Of a stretch of DNA of 61,229 nucleotides, positions 25,094 through 37,385 are shown piece by piece. Numbering within the stretch: the stretch's first letter is position 1; every line of letters begins with the position of its first letter. Source of the DNA: Calcarisporiella thermophila CBS 279.70 (lineage: Eukaryota; Fungi; Calcarisporiellomycota). Made by a program: the position numbers and the translations under genes. Location of the stretch: positions 967,109 through 1,028,337 of the forward strand of contig NW_027192198.1 of NCBI RefSeq assembly GCF_041956535.1, given 5' to 3'. The notes under the pieces were generated by a model. That model was not told the DNA's origin and made no database searches. It saw only the letters and a list, made by a program, of their open reading frames with translations.

Positions 25094-26440
25094 ATGCCCC
25101 CTAGCACCCGCCGAAGCTCCCTGTTCCCGGACTTTCTTCGCCTCAATCTCGAGAACGACAAACACCACCAGCCCGATCCTCTGCTCTCCTTCATGCCGCC
25201 CGTTTTCGACGACTATCTGAAGCACCGCCGCCCTTCCATGCCCGCCACCCTGCCTCTAAGCGGTGGCGGGCACGAATACGGGGGGGATTATGTGGGCGAC
25301 CGGATAAGCCCACTCTCGGATATCCCCCCCGTGCGTTGGCCCACGCCCTCAGCGGTCGCCCGAGACGTGTTGAGCGGCGAGGATTATTTTAGCCGGAGAA
25401 TGAACGCCGAGTTGGCCGCGCTCTGTCTGGGCCGTCGGATCGGATTTGGCGAGGAGATGGTGGTCAGCCCGGGGGGAACGGGAAAGTTCGGGGAGCTTGA
25501 GGATGAGGACGAGAACGACGAGTGCGAGAGGATGAAAAAGAGTGAGCTTTACCGGACCGAGATGTGTCGCACTTTCGAGGAGAAGGGGTACTGCCCCTAC
25601 GGCAACAAGTGCGAGTATGCGCACTCGGAGGCCGAGCTCCGTCCGATCTATCGCCCGTGGAACTTCAAGACGAAGCCGTGCCGCACCTTTCATGAGAAGG
25701 GCCACTGCCCCTACGGCAAGCGTTGCCACTACCGGCATGCCGGCGGACCCGACGAGATACCGAAGAACGTGATCATCGGGCCGCCCCCGCCCAACGGGAA
25801 AGCTTCCCCGTCGCTGACGCCCACCGGCTCGATGGCCTCCGCCAGCAAAGCAGTGTTTGACCCGTACGCACGACGGGTGAGCGATTCCGGGCTGCAAGGA
25901 TTGGGGGTGAGTGGAGGCCTAGGGCCAGGCATCGCTTCCAGTGCCTCCAACACCGGTCTCTACCTGACCCCGGAGGCTCTGGGGCCACGACGCTCGGCGC
26001 CAGCTGTAGTGCTTGACGCAGAGCTGAGTCGGTTGCGAGCGCTTCTCCGTCAGAAGCAACAGCAAGAACTCGCCATGCTCGGCCTTGAAAACTTGAACTT
26101 GATGGGCGGGCTGGAGGATGAGTTGCGCCCCTACTCGTCGTCGACGTCGCCCCTTCCCTCCGTCAGCTCCACCGTTCCCTCCCCTTCCTCGATGCTGCAG
26201 GCACCCCAGCCAGGGGGATCCTCCACCTCCACCTCCCTGGCAATGCCTCTCTCGCCAATGCCGGGCCCGGTGGGTCCGAACGGGAATAAGGGGAAGCAGG
26301 ACGAGCTGCTTCCGCGCGACCTCATGGAGCAGCTGGGATGCGAAATCCACCCTCTCGATGATGGGGCGGCCACGGAAGAGTGGAAAGAGCTGCGGGGGCG
26401 ATTGAAGGCCCTTGGGTTGGGAGACAACACGGAAACATAA
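25094..26440 (+). CDS. Tandem CCCH zinc-finger mRNA-decay protein (TTP/Tis11/Cth2 family)
   Basis: LYRTEMC-x8-C-x5-C-x3-H and FKTKPC-x8-C-x5-C-x3-H with an 18-aa spacer; probable 5' UTR intron ~24818-25029. Confidence 0.92.
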   Translation: MPPSTRRSSLFPDFLRLNLENDKHHQPDPLLSFMPPVFDDYLKHRRPSMPATLPLSGGGHEYGGDYVGDRISPLSDIPPVRWPTPSAVARDVLSGEDYFSRRMNAELAALCLGRRIGFGEEMVVSPGGTGKFGELEDEDENDECERMKKSELYRTEMCRTFEEKGYCPYGNKCEYAHSEAELRPIYRPWNFKTKPCRTFHEKGHCPYGKRCHYRHAGGPDEIPKNVIIGPPPPNGKASPSLTPTGSMASASKAVFDPYARRVSDSGLQGLGVSGGLGPGIASSASNTGLYLTPEALGPRRSAPAVVLDAELSRLRALLRQKQQQELAMLGLENLNLMGGLEDELRPYSSSTSPLPSVSSTVPSPSSMLQAPQPGGSSTSTSLAMPLSPMPGPVGPNGNKGKQDELLPRDLMEQLGCEIHPLDDGAATEEWKELRGRLKALGLGDNTET

Positions 26441-28384
26441 CCAGTCATGAAGATACAATTTTTTTACACTTATCACTTTCCGTTTATCACTCTACATAAT
26501 TCGGTCTTTTTTTTTTGCGCTGTTCCTCCTTTTATTTACTTTATTCATCTTTTTTATTTTATCATTATTGATTATTTTAATATCGAAAATACTTGTGTGG
26601 GTCTTTGTCGTTTTTTTTATCTTCACAAATAAAGTATATACAGCATTTATTTACAGTAAAACCTTTCAGATAGCCCGATGTAGCCTGTTTCTCTCACTCA
26701 TACACACACACACACACTCTCTCTCTCTTTATCTACATCTATCTATCATTTAACTATCTCTCTCCCCCACCGAATGCCTCGAAAGTTTCCTCAAGCCTAA
26801 GGCAGCAGAGCATGACTGGTCATTAAAATTGAGCTCTTTGCATTAATTACTTCTTCATCAATCCTTTTCGGGAAGCTCCGGTGACTGCTTCCATCCATCA
26901 TGCAAGCTCGCATTAGCCAAAAACAATAATAAGGATCTCACCGGGAAAAAGCACGGCTGCGATTGGTGGTTGTCTGCATAAGCACATTAGTGCATCGCTT
27001 TGGCTGCCCTCAGGAGAGCAAAGGAATGCTGAGAAAAACGTCAGAGCTTCTCCGGGGTGGCCTGAGGTGGATGCAAGGCATTGCGATTGCCACGAAAGCG
27101 GGTTGCTCGATGACGGCCACTCAATCACGCCAGCGGCGGGAGGCATCGCGTGAAAGCTTGCTACATCGACGAGTCAAGCTCGGCCCTAAAACCGGTACCA
27201 GTTGATTTCTCTCCCCCTGAACATGGGCGGATGAGCGAGGTGTTGCAAGCTAATTGCCTCCTCTCTCCACCATGCTTATGTAAGAGTCTCGAAACTCGTG
27301 CCTAAACTCCTTTTACGTGCCCCCAACGCGTCTATCTGGATGCTAATTTGTCTATTGCGTCCTCTGCACTCTTCCAGAAGAGCCCTCAATAGACTCCTGG
27401 CAAATTCGGGTTCGAATTCCAGATCCTGCTACAAACTGGGACGGTGGGATCGAAACGCCCAATTAGGGCTTCCTAGGCATTGGTCCTAGCAATTCTATAT
27501 CGCACAAGTTGCATGAAGCTCCAGGAAATTTTTTCTAGTAATGGTTAGATAGGAATCAACCGCCAAAATCATCTGGGGTAGAACCCTTAATTATCTAACA
27601 CCCCATCCTATTCGTTTTATCGAGTTTGTGTAATTGATAATTTAATAAAGCACCGCCACCATCCTGGATACAAGGAACTGGCGTTCAGCAGTGTCAGAAA
27701 CACAAGATCCAAAGAGCAAGGTTACTTGAGGATGCTAACAAATTAGCGTAGCTACGCGCCACTGTTTATTTCTTTGTTCTGATGCCATTTTGGCGGCTCC
27801 GCATTCCAACCTAATAAATACATTGCCATAGAATAGGAGAGGGGGGTATGATTGATTATGGAGATTGGTGAGATCAGGGCATTTGAAAATTCCTTCATAT
27901 TCCAGTCTGAAGAGACAGAGAGGCCGGAAGGCCATATCCTCAATTTCCGGGACGACTTGAGCCTTATGGGTCATAATTATCGGCCTGTCACCTCTCTCCA
28001 GTCGATGCTATGATGAAAACCTACTTGATTCGTACGAATCCCGATGTCACCGAAACAAAGGAGTACGATTCCAGAATGTACCATGGCTCGAGAGTCAGCT
28101 TTTTCGGATGCGATATTAGGCCCTCTCCCTCGACGACGAATGGTGTGTGAGAACCAAGTCCATAATTTCCCCTTTTTGTGCACGTGCCGACTGAAAATGC
28201 CCCCCTTTGACTCCAATTTTGACAGAATTCTGGGATGCGCAGGCCACCGGAAACCAATTCGGAGGGAGATTTTTGCCCACCATCGATTGGTGAAAATGGG
28301 GCCAGAGAGGGCCTTTTGAGGAACCTATCTCCTGGAAGATTGCGAGTTTCGCGTTAAACTGAACGAGATACACCTGCCGGCGTC

Positions 28385-28391
28385 TATAAAA
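28385..28391 (+). promoter_or_regulatory. Probable TATA box
   Basis: TATAAAA about 40 bp upstream of the ATG at 28427. Confidence 0.4.
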
Positions 28392-28426
28392 GTGGGGAGG
28401 TTTTCAACTTAGGTCCACCAGAAACC

Positions 28427-28969
28427 ATGAAGTTTGTCAAACTTGCCCTTGTCTTTGCATTTTCCTTCCTCGCGGTGGACTCTGCTCCGATTGAAAAGCG
28501 AGGCGTTAACGTGTTGAATACCCTGAAGGCGGTGGATGCGGTGGGTGGCCCCGCGACCAGTCTTTTGGAAGCAGTAGGCGTGGATAGCCAGAGTTTCCAT
28601 CAGTGCAAGCTGATCCCTTGGATTCCCTGCAAACCAAAGAGCTTGTTCCAGAAGGACCAGAGCCGGTGCGAAGCCAACCATCCCCCTGCAACCTGCCAAC
28701 TTATCCGGGAGAGAGAGGCGAAGGAGAAGGCGGCAAGGGAAAAGGCCGAGAAAGAAAAGGCGGACAAAGCGAGGGCCGAGAAGGAGCGCATTGAGAGTGC
28801 CCCGTTTTCACAGGATAATTTCAAACAGGCACTCTCCGACAAACCCGACCAAGACCTGAGCGCCGGCGGGAAAGACGCCCGTACGTTGCTCAAGAAATTT
28901 TCATCCAAGGAGCAAGCCGATCTAAAAGAGTTGTTCGATGAGATACCCTCCAGCGAAAGCCAAAACTGA
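28427..28969 (+). CDS. Small secreted protein, intronless, unknown function
   Basis: Signal peptide MKFVKLALVFAFSFLAVDSA, Kex2-type EKR site, 4 Cys, EK/A-rich helix. Confidence 0.8.
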   Translation: MKFVKLALVFAFSFLAVDSAPIEKRGVNVLNTLKAVDAVGGPATSLLEAVGVDSQSFHQCKLIPWIPCKPKSLFQKDQSRCEANHPPATCQLIREREAKEKAAREKAEKEKADKARAEKERIESAPFSQDNFKQALSDKPDQDLSAGGKDARTLLKKFSSKEQADLKELFDEIPSSESQN

Positions 28970-29791
28970 GGAAAGCGACTATAAATGGCCTTGCCAGAGG
29001 TGATGACGTTGCCATAGAGTGTTTATTTATTCGCGTTTCTAGATGTGTTCCTTTGTATTTCTGCTCCTGCTACATTTTTGTCCTCAATTTGTGTTCATCA
29101 CCGTTGTATTATTCAGCTTAGATAACATAGACACAGTTTCCTGATCCGAAAACTCCAAAATACCATATTCAGAATGGGTGGTCGAGTTGCCACCACTGTG
29201 TAGGAAGTGACGTTTGGACTACAGATCTCAACTGTCCTCCCTACAATGTATAGACAAAGGAAGGGGGTTGACTCTGTTGAGTTCCCATCACTTTGAATGG
29301 ATTCTTTTCTTTCCGTAGCTGTGATTTATACGACCTACCGAGGACCCGTTCGCATACCATCCTTTTTACTTTTTTTTTTTGACCTTTTCAACAAGAATAG
29401 CATAGCCAATGAGGAGCCGCATAGAAAATAGATCTTTATTCCAGAAATCTGCCCATGAATTGGCCCTGGGCATTTAATTCCGTCTCCCCTATCAATGCAT
29501 CTATTTACGCACAATTATTTGCTTGAGGGAACTAATTCAAGATCGACCCATGTTATAGGCGAGCCAATCTTAATTTGTATTATCTCGTCCATGGTGCTCT
29601 TGCCTATTTCCCACTATCTCCCATCCCTATGATCCCTTAAAATTTAATTTAAATAGGCACACCGTAGACTAAGCCAGTGATTTAGTCTGATCTCTATTTT
29701 CCAAATAAAGGATGCTCCATTCATATTTATATTTCGAGAGGCCTCATGCGTCTTGGCGGCCATCAGCTCATTTAAGAAAAGAAATCGGAGC

Positions 29792-31546
29792 ATGGACACA
29801 GGGCACGAACAAGCTTTCGAGCCCTTTATAGCAGTTCATGTAGGAGCCGGTAAATGAGAGGGACCATTGGGATGATTTGGGCCGAATCCATTTTCTTGTA
29901 TTTGACCAATGTCCTCTCTGGGTAGGTTACCATTCCACGCGTAAAGAGAGGCGATACCGTGAATTGTGCGCAAGGTAGCGTGTCTTCCTTTTATGAACAT
30001 CCCATTTCGGATGCAATAAAAAAACTATCGGTTTTTTTGGTCTCGGTTTGTACGTGGCATTAGGGCATGTAGGATTGGAATGGAGATCCTTCGAACGGGT
30101 ACGGCCATGGATGCAGTTGAAAAAGCAGTGTGCGAATTAGAGGTACCGTATGTAACGCGGCTTCTATTGGCTCTGCTGACCACTCAAGTATTTTCTTGCC
30201 ACTAGAACGATGCTCTGACCAATGCTGGTGAATCAATATTATTTTCCATGCATCATTCACTTTCTTCTGACGCCCAATATCAGGATTCGGGTCGAATCTA
30301 ACGCTGTCGGGCACCGTCGAATGCGATGCAAGCATTATGGATGGAAGTGGGTATTTTGGCGCGCTCGGAGCCGTCTCTGGAGTACGCAATCCCATCTCGG
30401 GCTCGCGCGCTATATTAGAGAGGAGCAGAAGAGGGCTATTGCCGTTGGGGAGAGTTCCGCCCATATTTTTGGCTGGGGAAGCCGGGAAAGAGTACGTGGG
30501 AGAGCTAGGGGCCGATGTTTGTCACCATCATGAGTTGATTAGTGGTAATGTGCACACCAAGCCCCCAAATGCTAGCGTCTAGGAAAAAGGAGGAGCCAGC
30601 TCTTTTCTCATTCTCTCTACACCTGTGTTTGTTAGAGGAGGCCAAAAAGACATATGAATTGCGGATGCAGATGCTCCATGAAGGTAACTACGCACACAAT
30701 ACTACCCCGCGGTGCTCCTCATGTTTTGACCGTGCATCTCGTCTCTCCGTTAGAGTCGGAACATCCGCAGTTGCCCGGCGAACACGATTCCAACCACGAC
30801 ACCGTGGGCGCGATATGCATTGATCGCTTTGGGCATGTTGCGGCTGCCGTGAGTTCAGGGGGGCTCTCTCTCAAATACCCGGGTCGTGTTGGAGAGGCGG
30901 CCATGTACGGAGGCGGATGCTGGGCCCAGAATTGGAGGGAGGGGTTTCCTGCGATAGCTTGTAGCACTACTGGTAGGTCCGCCTTCTAGTTTCCAACCTT
31001 TCTCCGCCTGCTCTCATCCCATACCCATATGGATTCATCCTGTTCAGGCACTGGAGAGCAGCTAATGAAGACCCTGTTTGCAAAGTCATGTGCCGACTCT
31101 GTTCTCCAACACAACGCAGCCGACGGCGACGTGCACCGAGGGCTGGAGACCGCCCTCACCGCTTTTCTCCATTCGCCGGCCCTGCGGCAGGACGAGGAGA
31201 AGAACTCGGGGGTGATCCTGCTCAAGACGGAATCCATACGAGGGATACACCGAACCGGTAAGTTGAGAAAGGGGGGGGGGACCCATCCCACTTCATTATG
31301 TAGAGCAAAGCCAGAAAAAAAACACTCCACTCTGTCTCTCTAAAGAGTTTTGGTACGCGCACACAACGCCAAGTATGGGCGTGGGCTATATGAGCTCAAG
31401 GAGCACAAATCCGACTGTGAGTGACTTTCCTTTTTGATTGCCGATGATGTTTTCAAACCATTGACCGGAGATACATCATTGGCTTGTAGACGCTGGTATC
31501 CAGAAAATCTAATAGATCTTATTTAATTTGGGGAGGCTTGTTTTAA
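29792..31546 (+). CDS. Threonine aspartase (Taspase1-like, asparaginase-2 Ntn hydrolase), multi-exon
   Basis: [28 protein letters not shown], autocleavage site HD|[34 protein letters not shown]. Confidence 0.9.
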
Positions 31547-32433
31547 GAGCACGCCACTCTAGCGAAGTGGATGCCACTACGCCCTCTCCTCTCCTCTCCT
31601 CTCCCCTGGTTACGCATGGACGCAATAAGAGCAAGGCCTTGGGCATATTTCGAAATTAGCCCGATTTGACAGCCCCCTTTTTGCTGGCATCCAAATCAAA
31701 AGGATCCCAAGTGGAAATAAAACTCCTTTTTCAAGGGAAAACCATTGCAAGGCTGCGGAAGCCGAAAGGCCACGGAAAAAAAAAGCCTGTTACAAACCCC
31801 CTTTCATCAATGCTATTTTTAAGCGGATTCCCAGGAGAGCGCGAATCCACTTGCCTCTGCTCTCACGGCCGGGTCTTGTGCTGCGGAAATTGAGGGTTGC
31901 TGCATTCTGCTTGGCCAATCAACCCGAATGTCCCACTTTTTTGCCACCTATGGCACGGATCTAGCGGGAGCAAGGCCGACCTAGCCCGAGCAACCAAGGG
32001 TAAAAGAATTGGAGAGGCGGGAAGCGGGGGGAGAGGCCGGCTATAGAGAGCCCACTGAGTTATATTAGCGTATGGATCCTTTTTTTTCCCCTGTGTATAT
32101 AGTGTTTATTTGTTTTTCTTTTCTCTCATGCCCTTGGCATTGTCCTCCTCTTGACACTGGCAATTTGACGCATAGCTCCATTCATCCATTCATTCATTCA
32201 TTCATTCATACTTTCATTCTTTCATTCACGTCCTCGGGACTCTTCGACACCCCGCATTCATTGGATCCCAATCCCCTTTCTGATCTAGCATTGAACCCAT
32301 CCAGCAGGTATTGCAGCTCAGCAGGCGAGTATTTGCATCCGGACCAAAGCATTCCTCTCTCAGTTTCTAGAGCTCCTCTTCTCATCCCCCGCAGCCACGA
32401 CTCTCTCCAACGTCTTTTCGTTCGCTAATTAAA

Positions 32434-32921
32434 ATGGGCAACAAACTTCGCTTTGCGCGCTGGGGACGGTTAGTTGCTCTGTCCGCAACCTTTGTCCAAA
32501 TCAGCGGGAGTATCTTGGGGCTGCTCTTCCGGTCGCCGACGCTGGGCATTTTCACAAAGTAAGTAGGCTCGCAGGATTTGCTTAGGAAGCTTTGTCGCCC
32601 TGACGACTAACCCCTCTGCTGCGACTCCCCCCCCTCCCCCCTAGTGCGACCGACGTACTGTTCCGGCCCGTCCCCATCATCCCCCTCTTCACCCTGATCT
32701 CCGGCCTCTTCATTCTTGCGCTGGAGCTACCGCTCGGGCCGTTCACCGGGGCGTCCGACGCCCACTCCATTCGGGCGGTGGCCTACACCTTGGTCGGGGT
32801 CATCTCTTTCTTCCAGGTGCAGACCATGAACGCCAGCCTGTACTATCTGATTGCCGGCATGGCCTTCGGGGTTGCCTATTCGAGAGATGAGGCCGAGCTG
32901 CCCTCAAAGCTGCCCTCATGA
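32434..32921 (+). CDS. noxD: NoxD/Pro41 (p22phox-like NADPH oxidase partner), 133 aa, 2 exons; absent from ORF track
   Basis: Exons 32434-32558 and 32645-32921 give MGNKLRFARWGRLVALSATFVQISGSILGLLFRSPTLGIFTNATDVLFRPVPIIPLFTLISGLFILALELPL...QTMNASLYYLIAGMAFGVAYSRDE, matching the recalled Pro41 pattern (W.RL..L.A; KP.P; E.PL; Q..NA..YYLI; AYS.E). Confidence 0.8.
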
Positions 32922-33912
32922 ACGGCTGTATCAGGTCTGGATCCTGGTAATGGCGATTCCGATTTCCGCATTGTTCAAATCAACCTGTTTCAAAGCATTG
33001 GCTTTTGCTTTTCATTTTCGGAACCTTTTATTACTTTTTTGTTTACGCTTTATTCATATCTCCATTGTATCTGATCATTTGTTCCTATCTTCCATCTGAA
33101 TCATATTTATTTTTTTTTTCCATCGGCATAACTCTCCGGTCGGAAACGCAAACAATAGCAGCGGCTCATCTGTGTGAATCTGGGGGGGTGCTGCCGGCCA
33201 GCCGGCCGGAGGACAGGGGTAGGGCAGAGAAAGGGGAGGGCGGGCGAATGCCATGCAAGACGAGGGCTGCGGCAGGCAGCCTTCAGATGGCAGGCATGGG
33301 TTGGCGGAGAGGATGGATCAGAAAGGTTAGGGGCTGAGTGGGGCAAATGGCTCTCAAACCGAGCTACCAGAAACATTAATAGCTCCCAAGCTGGAAGGCC
33401 GGATTGACTCTCCACGCGCGCATGGAAAAGGAAAGGAGCTGGGCCAACTCCACAGGCCGGGCTACGGAACAGGCTGGGCGAGGGCCCCTCAAACGCTGGT
33501 GGGAGCCCGCGGGCCCGCCGCAGAAACGAGAAACGAGAAACACGGTCCGGCTTTTTATTTCCTTTTCGTAGCGGCCCAAGTGGACGCGGCTTTCAGCGTG
33601 TTTAATTAGTGGGAGCTGGAGGGGAATGAATTTCAGCCAATCGACACCTCGTGACCGCCCACCTTCCCCGCATTTTTTTTTCTGTTCTTTTCAAAAAAAA
33701 AGGTTGACAGACACAATACGAAAACCTTGTGCTCCCCTCCATCACCGGCGCTGCCTTCCCCCCTCTCTCCCCCTCAGCATCTAGCACTTGGGCTCCCAAA
33801 ACAGCAGATCATCTTTCAAGCGCTTTCGATTCTGCATCCCCATCCCCTGCGATCTCTCCTGGCCTTGCTCCTCTTTCTCTGTGTTTCTCCCTCCCCCCTT
33901 CCCTCTACGGCG

Positions 33913-34880
33913 ATGTCTGGGCAGCGGCAGACTGGACGTGTAAAAGTAAGTCCTGATGGCGGGCCAATCCCCGCGATGCTCCCCCCCCCCCCCCGATCAC
34001 GATGGCCCACTCACCTTCTGCCCATCTTCCCCCCTTGCAGTTCTTCAATAGCACAAAGGGCTACGGCTTTATAATCCCGGATAGCCTCTCTGAGACAAAC
34101 GAAGAAGGTTGGCCGCTCTTAAGCCGCTTTTGGATGATGGGCATCATTAACCCTGCTCTCCCCTATGATTAGTGTTTGTACATCACACCGCCATCCACAA
34201 TGCCGGCGGATTCAAGAGTCTAGCTGAGGTAATTGGCCGCCCCCGCCTTCCTCTCTTTTCCTCGCAATCGCCTCTGGATGAACTCACTGACCCTCAATGG
34301 ACGGGCGGGTGATCCCTCCCCACCCCTCTGCTCTCTTCTCTCCTTTTCATCACAGAATGAGCCGGTTGAATTTGAGCTTGTGCGTGGCCCCAAGGGCTAT
34401 CAGGCAACTTACGTGACTGGCCCCAACGGCCAGCCGGTCAAGGGCGATCCTAGTGCAGGGCATCACCGCGCTTCAGCCGGGTAAGTATCCTCGGCATATC
34501 GCGTCTTCCTCTCTCCACCGTCCCGCTCATGCCTTCCTTCTTCTAGCTATGCGGGGTATCTTCCCATGGGCTACGTCTACACAACCAGCTATGCATCACC
34601 CGGCCAGCCAAACTACGGGTACACATTGGCCCCCCCATCCTACATCCCCTACCCCCCCCAATCGCAGCAGCAGCCGCAGCAGTTCGTACAGTATGGGTAC
34701 ATGGGGAATGGCGGAGCCGGCTCGCCCAGCAGCGGTAGCGGAGTGAGCGCAGCCGGTGTCCCAATCAACGGGGTGTCGACCGTTGCGAGCGAGGGCGCGG
34801 CCATTACACAGGCATTCGTGCCATATGTCGTGAGCGGATTTCAACCACAATATCCGTATGGGCAAAGTGGGCCATCGTGA
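33913..34880 (+). CDS. Cold-shock-domain protein with Y/P/Q-rich tail, multi-exon
   Basis: Spliced: QTGRVKFFNSTKGYGFII...VFVHHTAI..GGFKSLAENEPVEFELVRGPKGYQATYVTGPNG (RNP1/RNP2 of CSD). Confidence 0.9.
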
Positions 34881-35559
34881 AGCGCTAGCGGTTGGACGAC
34901 TGGGCATAGATGCGTTTTGATATTTGATATTTCTATCGCGTGCTACTTCCTTTTTTTTTCTTTCTTTCTTTCTTCATTTGCCTCGTTAATGTATAACTTT
35001 CTCATGTTTTTTTAGGTATCTTTTAAATTTCTTTAAATTACACTCTTTGGTTCTCTCCTCCTCTTTTCTCCTCCTCTCTTCCCCTCTTTTCCTCTTCTTG
35101 TCCTCCTTCCTTTGCATGTTAAAATGATTCTATTGATTCCTTCTACCTTTTTTATCCTTCCTTCTTCTTCTTCTTCTTCTCTGGATGAGGAGGGCGGGTG
35201 GTGGTCTCCATTGTTTTGTCTTTCTCCACATTTCTATTTTAATTTTTTACTGTTGCTTTTCTTGGAGATTTCGCATGGCTATCTTATACGGGATAAAGGT
35301 GGAAGGAGAGAGAAAATGGAAAATGCTAGTTCTTAATAAACAGTTGAAAGAGAATGCATCCTCTCCCTCCGACTTGGCCATCGGCTCCCCACGGACTAGA
35401 CTGGCCGGCTGGCTGGCTGGCTGAATTTAGCATTTTTAGATACGCCGCGGACGTAGAAATTGACCGCAATCCCTGCTTATTCAAATACCGGGTCGTTTTC
35501 TCTCTTTTGTATTTCTTGCATCGAGCTCCATTCCCCAAGTCACTCCGCTTCTTTGTAGA

Positions 35560-35745
35560 ATGTCCCACCCATGCCACAAGGAGGCCTGCGCGATCCAAAC
35601 CTGCCTGGACAAAAATAACTATCAGGAAGAGCGCTGTCGGGAAGTCATTCAGCGATTGCGCGATTGTTGCGAGAAACTGTTGGCGGAGGGAGGCTCTTCT
35701 CCCAGTTGCCCAGAAAAGAAATACAGGCGGAAAAAACAGCCTTGA
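35560..35745 (+). CDS. CMC4: Cx9C mitochondrial IMS protein Cmc4/MTCP1-like
   Basis: PCHKEACAIQTCLDKNNYQEERCREVIQRLRDCC...SPSCP. Confidence 0.85.
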   Translation: MSHPCHKEACAIQTCLDKNNYQEERCREVIQRLRDCCEKLLAEGGSSPSCPEKKYRRKKQP

Positions 35746-36115
35746 TGGGAGGATGGCTGCCCTCCACCTTTCCTTTACTTTTTATGTACCATTGTAGCCG
35801 TACTTCTCCATTGGACAGACAGGTTGAATTCCAACAAAGAATCCTCCCCCTCTCCAATTAAGAATTTGAGCTCTGAACAATCCTACGGGCTGTCTAAGAT
35901 GGCCTTCGGAATCATGTAAAACGAAAATCTGGCCAAGATCCTAGCCGAATTCGCGATGAAGCCCCATGGGTTGCTGAATGTCTCTCGACCTTGACGTCGC
36001 GAAACCATTACATTCTTAAAGTATTCTTATACCAATTGGCCTCGATATAGTAAAGATAGAATGGCACACTCTATCCCAGAACGTGTCTATCCGCCATCGC
36101 CACCACTCAATCCCA

Positions 36116-36715
36116 ATGGGCTACTTTACATTATTTATCGTATTCATTCTAGCTAATCTTCTCCTCCTTCGCAGTGCCTACGCTTTACCGGAACGTCGGG
36201 CCCCCAATAGACCCGCGTTAGCTGGCCGCCAGGTCGAGCCCTCCGAAGAACCGAGACCAACGCCACCCCCCATCTCAACTTCGGATTCGGCCCCCTCCCC
36301 ACCCAGTTCAGAGTTCACTACCCATCAAGAGGCAGCTATCACCACCACTCCATACTTGACCTCTGCGGCAGAGTACTCTCCCCCCACGCCGATGTACTCT
36401 CCCCCCACCCTTCCGCCCCCGCCACCGCCGCCCCTTGACCCAATGCGTCCCTCTGCTCCCTTCTCGCCAAACCCGAAACCCAAATCCTCCCCTGCTCTTG
36501 CGCGACCCTCGGCCAGTGCAACAAGGCAACCTCGATCCACCCAATGGCTCTCGGTGGCTGCATTCAGCTTTGTTCTCATCACGGGGATCGGACTCGTGTT
36601 TCTGATATTTATCGTGGGGACCACCGTGATCGGGATGGGGCGCTACATGTTTGGCTACAACGTTCCGGGCGGCTGGGGGAAGGAGGCAGAGACGTATCAG
36701 CCCTTGGACGATTGA
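36116..36715 (+). CDS. Pro/Ser/Thr-rich single-pass membrane protein
   Basis: Signal peptide MGYFTLFIVFILANLLLLRSAYA, Pro-rich ectodomain, TM segment, short tail ending YQPLDD. Confidence 0.75.
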   Translation: MGYFTLFIVFILANLLLLRSAYALPERRAPNRPALAGRQVEPSEEPRPTPPPISTSDSAPSPPSSEFTTHQEAAITTTPYLTSAAEYSPPTPMYSPPTLPPPPPPPLDPMRPSAPFSPNPKPKSSPALARPSASATRQPRSTQWLSVAAFSFVLITGIGLVFLIFIVGTTVIGMGRYMFGYNVPGGWGKEAETYQPLDD

Positions 36716-37385
36716 AAAGGGTACGGTTGGAGAGATGTATATACACACGCAAGCTAGGTGGTGTGCTTTCTTTTGGTTTTTGTGGGATAGGTCTATTTAA
36801 TCTTTGTAAATCGAGCGCTTACAATAAAATGTATTATTAACTCAATATCATGGACCAAGCCAAATCGCGGCTAACCGGAGCTCTCCATCTGGACCCCTAC
36901 TGGAGGGCTCTCCGGTTGAATTGCTTAGATGTCACTCTTAGTATCCCTTCCCTTTATAAACCCCTCGACTGGAACATATAGGCCATGAAACAGCAGAAAT
37001 AGGGTCTGATTCCAGCGGAAAACGGATGAGAGAATGCCAAAGTGTTCGTAGGGCTCCGAAGGCCTCGTCCGCGAGGACTTGCTCCTTGCGGTCGACCCAG
37101 TCTCTCGCTCTATTTCTAGGAATTGATTCTCTATTCCCTTTTACGGATTTTATCTTGGGATTAACTGAGCTCTTTCCAAAATTTAAAAATAGTAAGGTGC
37201 TTTAGCATTGGGTCATGGTCTTCTAGCTTCTTTATTGCCTCCAAATTGCTTAGCGAGCTCTATTTTATTCTCCTGGATCTCCCCTCTGACAACTAATTCA
37301 TACAAGGACTGATTGCTTGGTGCCCCTCTGAAACGAGGAAAACGGCCTCTCCTTTGCTTTTTATTTACATTCATTTGTCTACACA

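Noticed and set aside
26441-26660. AU-rich autoregulatory elements in the CCCH gene 3' UTR
   Set aside because: Only scattered ATTTA pentamers in T-rich sequence; no clear TTATTTATT nonamer
26800-28300. Gene or pseudogene on the minus strand; B-box-like GGTTCGAATTCC near 27408
   Set aside because: Short ORFs give no recognisable domain or consistent splice model; no A box or tRNA fold around the motif
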